Below the pieces are notes generated by a model. That model saw only the letters and a list, made by a program, of their open reading frames with translations, made no database searches and had not been told where the DNA came from. A stretch of 45,919 nucleotides of DNA from an uncultured Ignavibacteria bacterium. GTDB lineage: Bacteria; Zixibacteria; MSB-5A5; UBA10806; 4484-95. The position numbers were made by a program, and so were the translations under genes. The DNA is taken from the NCBI GenBank assembly GCA_964521815.1, contig CAZFSN010000001.1:6721-52639 (forward strand), written 5' to 3'. This document shows positions 28,800 through 36,011 of the stretch, one piece after another (within the stretch, counting starts at the first letter, position 1; the number at the start of each line of letters is the position of its first letter).

Positions 28800-29843
28800 T
28801 TAAACAATGGGGGCAAACACCTTTTTTGCTTCATCCAGATAATAATCCGAATACAGCGCCCCGATTGGATTGTTCGCCAACGATCGGTCTTTCACGAAAA
28901 GCGTAGTAACCGGTGCCTCGCTGGCCTTGGTAAAAATACAATCCGCCCCCATACAAATTCCTACAATTACATTCAAATCGGTTTTAAGATTGTTTAACAC
29001 CTCGGCCTGTCCGAGAGGATTGCAAGCTATTTGCCTTTTATAATTCTCATTACCGGCATCTGCCATCTGCGAATTGAATGGATCGTCAATACTATTGCCG
29101 CCTATTTTACAGCATACCGGGTAAATCTCGAAAAAGCGTTTGAGTAACCGGGCTAAAATATCGGCCGGCTCCTGAAGGTCTATGCAGTAGGCTATACCAA
29201 TACGTTTGTAACGCATCTCAAGACAGAAATAAATAAGTTCCGAGAGACGACATAGTGTGCGTTCTTTTTCACAGGCGATATCTAATGTTGCTTCAATTAT
29301 GCGCAGAATATCTTTTTTATAATGAGATGGCTCTAAAGCTAACCTTGAGACCGGGGGACATTTCTCACCTCTTAAACAAAGCCGATCAGTACAGGAGAGA
29401 CAGTCAACTTGAGCGCCGCTGTCAGGGCCTTTGCTGATATCCGGAATACCCGATTTATCATGCGCCACTATATGGTCAGAGTGCCTGGTTTCGCTTTTCA
29501 CTATCCCTTGATCAATTTGCTCACTCAGCCCGAACCCAGGTTCAAGACTTCCGTCAGTAATAGCATCGACTATCTCATCAATGGTGCAGGCGACATTATC
29601 TATTATCTCAACTCTTCTGGCCTGAAGAAATTCTTTATTATCCCGGCTTATGCCGCCGCATATTAGCGTATCAACACGGTATTCTGAAAGCAGCTCTCGC
29701 AAATCGAACAAGTTATGACCGCTGAATGACACTTTTTCTTCAGTGCATACTTTATCTCGTCTCAACACTAAAAGTGTCACCGAGTCCGCATATGTACATC
29801 GGGGCGCAACCCGATCTCCAAGTAATGGCACACCGTATCTCAT
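28800..29843 (-). CDS. Fusion protein: NifB/NifX-type (dinitrogenase FeMo-cofactor-binding fold) N-domain plus DUF1847-type Cys-rich C-domain
   Basis: 347 aa. The N-terminus is GVPLLGDRVAPRCTYADSV..VDTLICGGISRD..L....VEII. The C-terminus is DCLSCTDRLCLRGEKC, IGIAYCIDL, ACNPLGQAEVLN..DLNVIVGICMGADCIFTKASEAPVTTLFVKDRSLANNP. Confidence 0.65.
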   Translation of the reverse strand: MRYGVPLLGDRVAPRCTYADSVTLLVLRRDKVCTEEKVSFSGHNLFDLRELLSEYRVDTLICGGISRDNKEFLQARRVEIIDNVACTIDEIVDAITDGSLEPGFGLSEQIDQGIVKSETRHSDHIVAHDKSGIPDISKGPDSGAQVDCLSCTDRLCLRGEKCPPVSRLALEPSHYKKDILRIIEATLDIACEKERTLCRLSELIYFCLEMRYKRIGIAYCIDLQEPADILARLLKRFFEIYPVCCKIGGNSIDDPFNSQMADAGNENYKRQIACNPLGQAEVLNNLKTDLNVIVGICMGADCIFTKASEAPVTTLFVKDRSLANNPIGALYSDYYLDEAKKVFAPIV

Positions 29844-29869
29844 AATTTACTCTCCTGAGATAAGTAATT

Positions 29870-29886
29870 GCAAATGGTATGCCAAG
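29870..29886 (-). promoter_or_regulatory. Sigma-54 (-24/-12) promoter for the NifX-DUF1847 / USP operon
   Basis: The minus strand reads TTGGCAT-ACCAT-TTGCAAT, a near-consensus TGGCAC-N5-TTGCA. It lies about 27 nt upstream of the ATG at 29843, with AGGAGAG as the RBS. Confidence 0.7.
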
Positions 29887-30058
29887 CCCGGATTTTGAGA
29901 ATTTTAAAAACTCAACCGGATAAATATTATTCGAAGAATATTTTTAGGATATTCATAACTTGTTGTAATTAATACATATAAATTAATTACTCGGGCTGAT
30001 TGTTTTTATCGATTTGTTAAATATATTATTAAATATGCAGGAAAGCTTTCAGTTTTAA

Positions 30059-30119
30059 ATGTCGCCACAATGTTGCAATATGTCGCACCACGAAACGTTT
30101 GTTGCAACATGCGCGACAT
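30059..30119. promoter_or_regulatory. Cluster of repeated motifs (candidate activator binding sites) in a divergent sigma-54 control region
   Basis: ATGTCGC occurs at 30059-30065 and 30080-30086 (21-bp phasing). Its inverse GCGACAT occurs at 30113-30119. TGTTGCAA occurs at 30071-30078 and 30100-30107. Confidence 0.4.
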
Positions 30120-30229
30120 TTTGCGGGCCGGTTAGCACGTGACAAAATGCACGATCAATGCTTAATAATCAATTCTTAATTTAAAATCAAATAAAAAATC
30201 ACAGTCCGATAAATGCGATTATCCCTTAA

Positions 30230-30258
30230 CTGGCTTGATATTAACCGCATCAAGCCAG
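30230..30258. promoter_or_regulatory. Perfect 10-bp inverted repeat (candidate upstream activator site for the plus-strand operon)
   Basis: CTGGCTTGAT (30230-30239), N9, ATCAAGCCAG (30249-30258). It is centred about 65 bp upstream of the candidate -24 element. Confidence 0.4.
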
Positions 30259-30307
30259 ATTTATTTAACGGCCCTTAGCAGAAAGATCAAGCTCCGTTTC
30301 ATTTCAT

Positions 30308-30324
30308 CGGTATGAACTTTGCTT
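30308..30324 (+). promoter_or_regulatory. Candidate sigma-54 (-24/-12) promoter for the DsrKMOP-like operon
   Basis: The sequence is CGGTAT-GAACT-TTGCT with correct GG-N10-GC spacing (GG 30309-30310, GC 30321-30322). It lies about 40 nt upstream of the ATG at 30364. The -24 flank is weaker than consensus. Confidence 0.45.
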
Positions 30325-30363
30325 TCCATCGATTCAGAAACATCTAAATAAAGGAATTGCTGT

Positions 30364-31803
30364 ATGGATGAAAGTATTTTAAAAGCACCGCAGAATATTG
30401 ATACTAAAGAGAAGAAAAAAAAATCGTTTTACTATATTGAAGAATACAATACCGATAATCTGGTTGAAAGATTTCTTGAAGCCTTTGCGGCCGTTTTAAA
30501 ATATAGCGATTACCGGCCGCTGCTCGATTCTTATTGTACCTCAAGCGCCAAATGTAACCGATGCGCCGTAACCTGCCCCGTATTTTTGGCCACCGGTGAT
30601 CCTCGGGATATTCCCTGCTATAGAACAAATCTACTCCTAAAAGTATATCGTCGTTATTTCACTATTGGCGGATGGCTCAATGGCAGGGTTACCGATGGCT
30701 TCGAATTGACCGAGGAGGTTATCGATGACATGCAGGAAGTATTTTATCGCTGCACCGCGTGCCGTAGATGCACCCGCGAATGCCCGTTGGGAGTAGACCA
30801 TGGCCTGATGACTCGTCTGGGACGATATATCCTTAGCTTAATTGGGATTGTGCCAAAAGCGTTACGGGTAAGTGTCAGGGAGCAGCTTGAGGGGGAAACT
30901 CATAACACTTCCAAGGTACCTAAAATAGCGTTATTAAATACACTGGAGTTTTTAGCCGAGGAACTGGAGGATTTGACCGGCGTTAAGGTTGAATTTCCGG
31001 TGGATCAACCCAATCGGGATTATGTCTTTTTCTGTGCGGTCAGCGACTATTTGATGGAGCCCGAAACTCTTATGGGAAACGCGGCGGTGCTTTATGCCTC
31101 AGGAGACTGGGATAGATGGACTATAGGCACATGTAATTATGATGGTATCAATTATGGGCTGTTTTACAGTGACTGGCACTTAGAAAATATTATCAAGCAG
31201 CTTGTTGGCGAGGTAACGCGCTTGAATGGCCGTAACATCCTAATCGGCGAATGCGGTCATGCCTCGCGATCCGCTCACGATTTCGTTCCGATATTTGCCG
31301 GCAAGGAAACTTACCCGGTGCTCAATTTTATGGAATACACTCTCGATTGTATTCAGAAGGGGAAGATCAGGCTGGATCCCGATATTATAACTGAACGCGT
31401 TACTTATCACGATCCCTGCAATATTGCTCGTTCAGGGTGGATAGTTAATCAGCCGCGAGAGATATTAAAAACCTTCGTTAAAAATTTCGTTGATATGACC
31501 CCAAATGGCCAGGACAATTTCTGTTGCGGTGGTGGCGGCGGCCTGGTATCGGTTGATGAAATTCATGATTTCCGGATGAAAATAAGCGGCAGGGTGAAGG
31601 CCGAGCAGCTAATTCAAACCGGTGCCGATATCTGTATCGCACCCTGCGCCAATTGCAAAAAGCAGCTTAAAGAATTAGTCGAGCATTATAATATCCCCTG
31701 TAAAATCATGGGATTACATGATCTCATTCTTAAAGCCATCTATATTCCCGGGGGCAAAGGCCCAAAAGAGCGCCAGGAAAAAGCAGCATTATGCGAGATG
31801 TAA
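30364..31803 (+). CDS. DsrK/HdrD/HmeD-type Fe-S protein (2x[4Fe-4S] plus CCG domains)
   Basis: 479 aa. Motifs: CTSSAKCNRCAVTCP, CTACRRCTRECP, then HDPCNIARSG, NFCCGGGGG, APCANCKKQL. Confidence 0.85.
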   Translation: MDESILKAPQNIDTKEKKKKSFYYIEEYNTDNLVERFLEAFAAVLKYSDYRPLLDSYCTSSAKCNRCAVTCPVFLATGDPRDIPCYRTNLLLKVYRRYFTIGGWLNGRVTDGFELTEEVIDDMQEVFYRCTACRRCTRECPLGVDHGLMTRLGRYILSLIGIVPKALRVSVREQLEGETHNTSKVPKIALLNTLEFLAEELEDLTGVKVEFPVDQPNRDYVFFCAVSDYLMEPETLMGNAAVLYASGDWDRWTIGTCNYDGINYGLFYSDWHLENIIKQLVGEVTRLNGRNILIGECGHASRSAHDFVPIFAGKETYPVLNFMEYTLDCIQKGKIRLDPDIITERVTYHDPCNIARSGWIVNQPREILKTFVKNFVDMTPNGQDNFCCGGGGGLVSVDEIHDFRMKISGRVKAEQLIQTGADICIAPCANCKKQLKELVEHYNIPCKIMGLHDLILKAIYIPGGKGPKERQEKAALCEM

Positions 31804-31834
31804 ACCATAAAAAAAAATTAGTTCGAGGATCAAT

Positions 31835-32533
31835 ATGGAACACTGGATTGAATTCGCCAAAGGGCCACTTTTTGCCTTTTCTTTTTTAATAATGGTCCTC
31901 GGCTTAGCCAGACTGGTTATTATCCAAATATATTCGCTTATCACCGGCAAAGGCCGCCGCTTAATGAATGCTCCCTGGAGGAAAATTGTTAAGGAAGCCC
32001 TCAGCTGGGTGATCCCGGTCCGTCACCTGATACCCGGGACAAAATTTTTCTCAATTATTTCATTTTTATTTCATATTGGAATTATTGCCGTGCCGCTTTT
32101 CCTGGCAAATCATATTGTTTTGTGGGAAGGTTTTTTAAACATTAAACTGCCGTCGATTAGCCGTTTCCTGGCGGATTTTTTGACGCTGTTCACTATTGCT
32201 TGCATTTTTATACTTTTTGGATTCAGGCTTTTTTCCCGAAGGCATCGCGCTATGAGCACACCTATGGATTATACCCTGCTTATACTGATATTTTTGCCAT
32301 TCGCCTCCGGTTTTCTGGCATCTCACGCAGCCATTAATCCTTTCCCGTGGGGTGTTATGATGTTAGTTCATTTACTAAGTGCGGAATTGCTATTTATCAC
32401 TATCCCATTCACCAAGCTGGCGCACATAGTGCTGTTTGCATTCGACAGGATTTCAGCGCTCCATTGGCAGCTTCAACCCGGAGCCGGCGACAAAGTTGCC
32501 GAGGCGCTTTATGGCAAGGAGGCCAAGGTATAA
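31835..32533 (+). CDS. DsrM/HmeC/NarI-type membrane cytochrome b-like subunit
   Basis: 232 aa with 5-6 hydrophobic helices. Conserved His are present (LFHIGIIAVPLFLANH, LVHLL) and the ending is ITIPFTKLAHIV, typical of the NarI-like family. Confidence 0.75.
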   Translation: MEHWIEFAKGPLFAFSFLIMVLGLARLVIIQIYSLITGKGRRLMNAPWRKIVKEALSWVIPVRHLIPGTKFFSIISFLFHIGIIAVPLFLANHIVLWEGFLNIKLPSISRFLADFLTLFTIACIFILFGFRLFSRRHRAMSTPMDYTLLILIFLPFASGFLASHAAINPFPWGVMMLVHLLSAELLFITIPFTKLAHIVLFAFDRISALHWQLQPGAGDKVAEALYGKEAKV

Positions 32534-33327
32534 TGTATGGCATATTAGTTGATGTTACCAAATGTATAGCCTGCGAAAAATGCGTTATGGCCTGCGTTGA
32601 ACGCAATAAACTAGATTCCAAACTGGCGGAGCGTGACCGGGCGATAACAAGCGATGGTCTGTCGGAAAATCGTTTATCTACAATATTAAAAGTTTCGGAT
32701 GAGCGCTTTGCCCGTAAAAGCTGTATGCATTGTGTCGAACCAAGTTGTGTTTCGGCCTGTCTGGTTGGTGGAATTACCAAATCACCCGAGGGGCCGGTAG
32801 TATACGATCCCGATAAATGTATTGGTTGTCGCTATTGCATGTTGGCCTGCCCCTTTCATATACCCAGATATCAATGGGATAAGATATCGCCGTTCATGGT
32901 TAAATGCGATATGTGTTATGATCGGGTAACTGACAACCAATTACCGGCTTGCGTCGAGGCCTGTCCGCAGGGCGTGCTTGAATTCGGGGAAAGGGATTCT
33001 CTGTTGAAAATTGCTAAAATGCGTATAAAACAAAACCCGAACAAATATCTCAATCATATCTGGGGAGAGAAAGAGTTCGGCGGTACATCCGTTATTTATA
33101 TCTCGGATGTCGATCTGGCTGGAATTGGCTGGCCCGAGCATGAACCGGAAGCAATCCCCCGTCTCACCGAGCCGCTCATTCACAAAACCCCATTTATCGG
33201 TTTCAGCGTTGCTTTTGGGCTTGTCGGTATTAACTGGATTATTAAACGACGGATGAAATTGGCGGATGAGAAAAACAATACAGTTATAAAAAACGATTCC
33301 ACCGGGGAGACTGAAAATGATAAGTAG
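32533..33327 (+). CDS. DsrO/HmeA/NrfC/HybA-type 4-cluster ferredoxin subunit with C-terminal TM anchor and no N-terminal signal peptide
   Basis: I take the start at ATG 32533, which makes a TAATG overlap with the upstream stop. The listed ORF start at 32347 overlaps the dsrM-like gene. Motifs: CIACEKCVMAC, CMHCVEPSCVSAC, CIGCRYCMLACP, CDMCYDR...PACVEACP. The C-terminal helix is FIGFSVAFGLVGINWII. Confidence 0.85.
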   Translation: MYGILVDVTKCIACEKCVMACVERNKLDSKLAERDRAITSDGLSENRLSTILKVSDERFARKSCMHCVEPSCVSACLVGGITKSPEGPVVYDPDKCIGCRYCMLACPFHIPRYQWDKISPFMVKCDMCYDRVTDNQLPACVEACPQGVLEFGERDSLLKIAKMRIKQNPNKYLNHIWGEKEFGGTSVIYISDVDLAGIGWPEHEPEAIPRLTEPLIHKTPFIGFSVAFGLVGINWIIKRRMKLADEKNNTVIKNDSTGETENDK

Positions 33328-35290
33328 AACTCGGCCGATAAAGGATGTGCTCTGGTTTTTTGCTCTTCTCGGCCTTATAGCCGGCGCTTTCAGGTTGGTT
33401 TTCGGGCTTGGCGCGACAACCAACCTTTCTGATATGGTGCCTTGGGGTTTGTGGAAAGTACTGAATATGGTTGCCGGTGTTGCTATCTCAACGAGCGGGT
33501 TTACGGTTGGATTCCTGGTATATGTTTTGAGGCTTGAACGATTTCGCCCGTTCATGAAACCGGCAATCCTGATAGCTTTTCTGGGTTATGGCTGTTCCTG
33601 CCTGGCGCTATTATTCGATATCGGTCTGCCGTTCAGATTCTGGCACCCGATATTCATGTGGAATATTAATTCATTCTTATTCGAGGTTTTTTGGTGCGTA
33701 CTTTTATATTTCACCATTACGGCTATAGAATTAGCGCCATCATTTTTCGATAAATTGAAAGCCGAGAAAGTATCGCATTTTCTTCATCGTTTTGCAACTG
33801 CGGTGGTAATTATAGGTATCTCGTTATCGAGCCTGCATCACTCCTCGCTGGGTTCGCTATTTTTAGTCACGCCGCTAAGACTCCACCAGCTATGGTACAC
33901 GCCGTGGCTTCCATTCCTATTTATTATTTCCGCTATGGGCGGCGGCTTAATGTTTGTGGTATTTGTTAAGATACTCTGGTCGTGGTGGTATGATCGTGAA
34001 ATCGTTTTCGGCCAGGCTAAAATGCGAAATATTCCACTTTTAAAAAAAGCCAACGGCATCGAAAAACTAACAAATCATGAGGAAGGCGTACAATTTCCTA
34101 TTGTCCGTCAAATGGCAACGATTGCTGCCGGTTTATTGGCTGTTTATTTCATCTTAAAAATACTCGATCTAACAGTGCACGGCAACTGGGGGGCATTACT
34201 TGCCGGAACCTGGGAAAGCTATCTCTATATATTCGAGCTGGTGATTACTGCTGTAATCCCTGTTAGTTTGATGCTTATCTCTAAAACCAGACAATCCCCG
34301 GCTATAGTAGGATTTGCCGGCTTATCGGGGGCTGTGGGTTTGGCCTTGAACAGAATGGATGTGGGTATATTCGGTTATTTCCGCGATGCCGGGATTGTAT
34401 ATTTTCCATCTTTTGCCGAGTGGTCTTTAAGTATCGGCGTTGTGGCTGCAGCCGGTTTGGTGTTTTTCTTCATCGCCGAAAATCTGCCGATTTTCAGCGA
34501 TTATCCGCCGGTTGTTCAGAGTCGCACCGGCATGTTCCGTCAAACATTCGGGACTCTCCGCCAGATATGGAATATGGTATTTATGGATAGTCTCCATCGA
34601 GTATCATTGATCGCCGTAGCAACTATTCCCCTTGCTTATATTTTGATGTACCCGCCCTTTTATAATAACTTAAGGTCAGAGAAGACAATTAATCAATCAT
34701 TTGGGGTCGATATTGAAAGAACGGTATTAAAAATCGATGGCGATCGCCAGGGGGTTAGTACTATTTTTGCGCATGCCGAACATCAAAAGCGTTTGGGAGA
34801 TTCATTGTCCTGTCGGATATGCCATCATATCGCTATGCCCAATGATAAATCAACTCCTTGTTCTGAATGCCATCATTTTATGAATTCATCGTCGAATATT
34901 TTCAATCATGATGCCCATGAGGCATATATAGCAAAAAGGGATAAGCTGGAAGGGTTTTTCCCGGTTAACAATTCGTGTACAGAATGTCATCCCGCAGATA
35001 GCCCCAAAACCGCGGCTACCGCGAAAAATTGCCTGGAATGCCATAAACAGGACATGCGCATTGCAGGGTGTCTTGATGATAGCACAAATCTATCTATGGC
35101 TGGCCCATTCCGTGAGGCTATGCATGGAACCTGCGTTAAATGCCATACCAGAGAAGCCGCCCAAACCGGCAAAAAGATGCTTGATGTATGCGGAACCTGC
35201 CATCAGACGTTAAAGTCTTATGAATTGTCAAAACAAGAGATAGCCCGGGCGGGTGAAATCCATTTGAATTCTCCTGCGCAAAACAATTAA
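33317..35290 (+). CDS. NrfD/PsrC/DsrP/HybB-type integral membrane subunit fused to a C-terminal multihaem cytochrome c domain (6 CXXCH)
   Basis: 657 aa. By eye there are about 10 NrfD-type helices (e.g. MVPWGLWKVLNMVAGVAISTSGF) plus an 11th helix (VSLIAVATIPLAYILMY). The CXXCH motifs are CRICH, CSECH, CTECH, CLECH, CVKCH and CGTCH. It overlaps the upstream gene by 11 nt. Confidence 0.85.
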   Translation: MISRTRPIKDVLWFFALLGLIAGAFRLVFGLGATTNLSDMVPWGLWKVLNMVAGVAISTSGFTVGFLVYVLRLERFRPFMKPAILIAFLGYGCSCLALLFDIGLPFRFWHPIFMWNINSFLFEVFWCVLLYFTITAIELAPSFFDKLKAEKVSHFLHRFATAVVIIGISLSSLHHSSLGSLFLVTPLRLHQLWYTPWLPFLFIISAMGGGLMFVVFVKILWSWWYDREIVFGQAKMRNIPLLKKANGIEKLTNHEEGVQFPIVRQMATIAAGLLAVYFILKILDLTVHGNWGALLAGTWESYLYIFELVITAVIPVSLMLISKTRQSPAIVGFAGLSGAVGLALNRMDVGIFGYFRDAGIVYFPSFAEWSLSIGVVAAAGLVFFFIAENLPIFSDYPPVVQSRTGMFRQTFGTLRQIWNMVFMDSLHRVSLIAVATIPLAYILMYPPFYNNLRSEKTINQSFGVDIERTVLKIDGDRQGVSTIFAHAEHQKRLGDSLSCRICHHIAMPNDKSTPCSECHHFMNSSSNIFNHDAHEAYIAKRDKLEGFFPVNNSCTECHPADSPKTAATAKNCLECHKQDMRIAGCLDDSTNLSMAGPFREAMHGTCVKCHTREAAQTGKKMLDVCGTCHQTLKSYELSKQEIARAGEIHLNSPAQNN

Positions 35291-35312
35291 TTTCCCCTGA
35301 GGTGACTTATGC

Positions 35313-35740
35313 ATGTTTACGGCCCTGTTCCCTCAAGGAGATAGGGGAGTTCCCCGGGGATAGATATTATCCCGCGCAAAACATATTCCACTCGTGTGTT
35401 TATTGTCAACTGGGTAGAACAATAAGACGGCGGATTAATCCTCAAAGCTTTTATCCCAAAGAATCAATCATCGATGAAATCGAGAGCAGTCTGCTAAATT
35501 CAAATCCCAATTACATTACGATCGCTGGGGACGGTGAACCGACCCTGTCAAGCGACCTTGGCTGTATCATAGGTCAATGTAAAAGCCGATGGCCTGTACC
35601 CGTGGCGGTTACCAAAAATGGCTCTTTGCTTTTCAGGCCCGAGATACGAGAAAGCCTGGTTAATACCGACGTAGTTATGCCCTCCCTCGATACTGCCAAC
35701 AAGAAGATTATCCGCAAAATCAATATACCTTTGCACACCG
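35313..35740 (+). pseudogene. Decayed radical-SAM family gene (YGPVPSRRLG-type), paralogue of 22996..23457
   Basis: ATGTTTAC at 35313 then shifts frame into GPVPSRR followed by an in-frame TAG (35342-35344). A second shift leads into ..HSCVYCQLGRT..ITIAGDGEPTL..PSLDTANKKIIRKINIPLH. Homology stops near 35736, where an antisense SDR remnant begins. Confidence 0.65.
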
Positions 35741-36011
35741 GCATTGTTGACCAGGACATTTAAGATGCGGAAATTCTCGGTTGTCCATTCAAGCAAAGAT
35801 TTCCGATCCTTATCTTTGGCAATATCGCATACTTTGATATGTAATTCCGGATGTTCTTTTTGAGCTTTAATAAGTCTTCCTTTTCTTCGGCCACAAATTA
35901 TGACTTCGTTCCCTTTTTCAGGAAAAATTCAGCCATTGCATAGCCAATACCCGTAGCACCGCCAGTGATCACCACGGTATTCCCCGAAATCTTTATTCGA
36001 ACTCTCCCGCA
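35716..36011 (-). pseudogene. N-terminal remnant of a short-chain dehydrogenase/reductase (SDR) gene with a frameshift
   Basis: The minus strand reads ..RIKISGNTVVITGGATGIGYAMAEFFLKKG, then a 1-nt frameshift with an in-frame TAA, then (N)EVIICGRRKGRLIKAQKEHPELHIKVCDIAKDKDRKSLLEWTTENFRILNVLVNNAGVQRYIDF. There is no start codon, and the catalytic YxxxK half is absent. Confidence 0.6.

Noticed and set aside
32347-32532. An upstream in-frame extension of the ferredoxin-subunit ORF. It includes an ..STRSRRQS.. stretch that superficially resembles a twin-arginine motif.
   Set aside because: - The extension overlaps 187 nt of the well-supported DsrM-like gene in another frame.
- No hydrophobic h-region follows the RR.
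- The ATG at 32533 forms a TAATG coupling junction.
- I keep it as a caveat in the topology finding.
30364-35290. Naming the genes dsrKMOP and implying dissimilatory sulfite reduction.
   Set aside because: The window has no dsrAB, dsrC or dsrJ. The module types are shared by the Hme, Tmc and Cbc complexes, so I use only '-like' labels.
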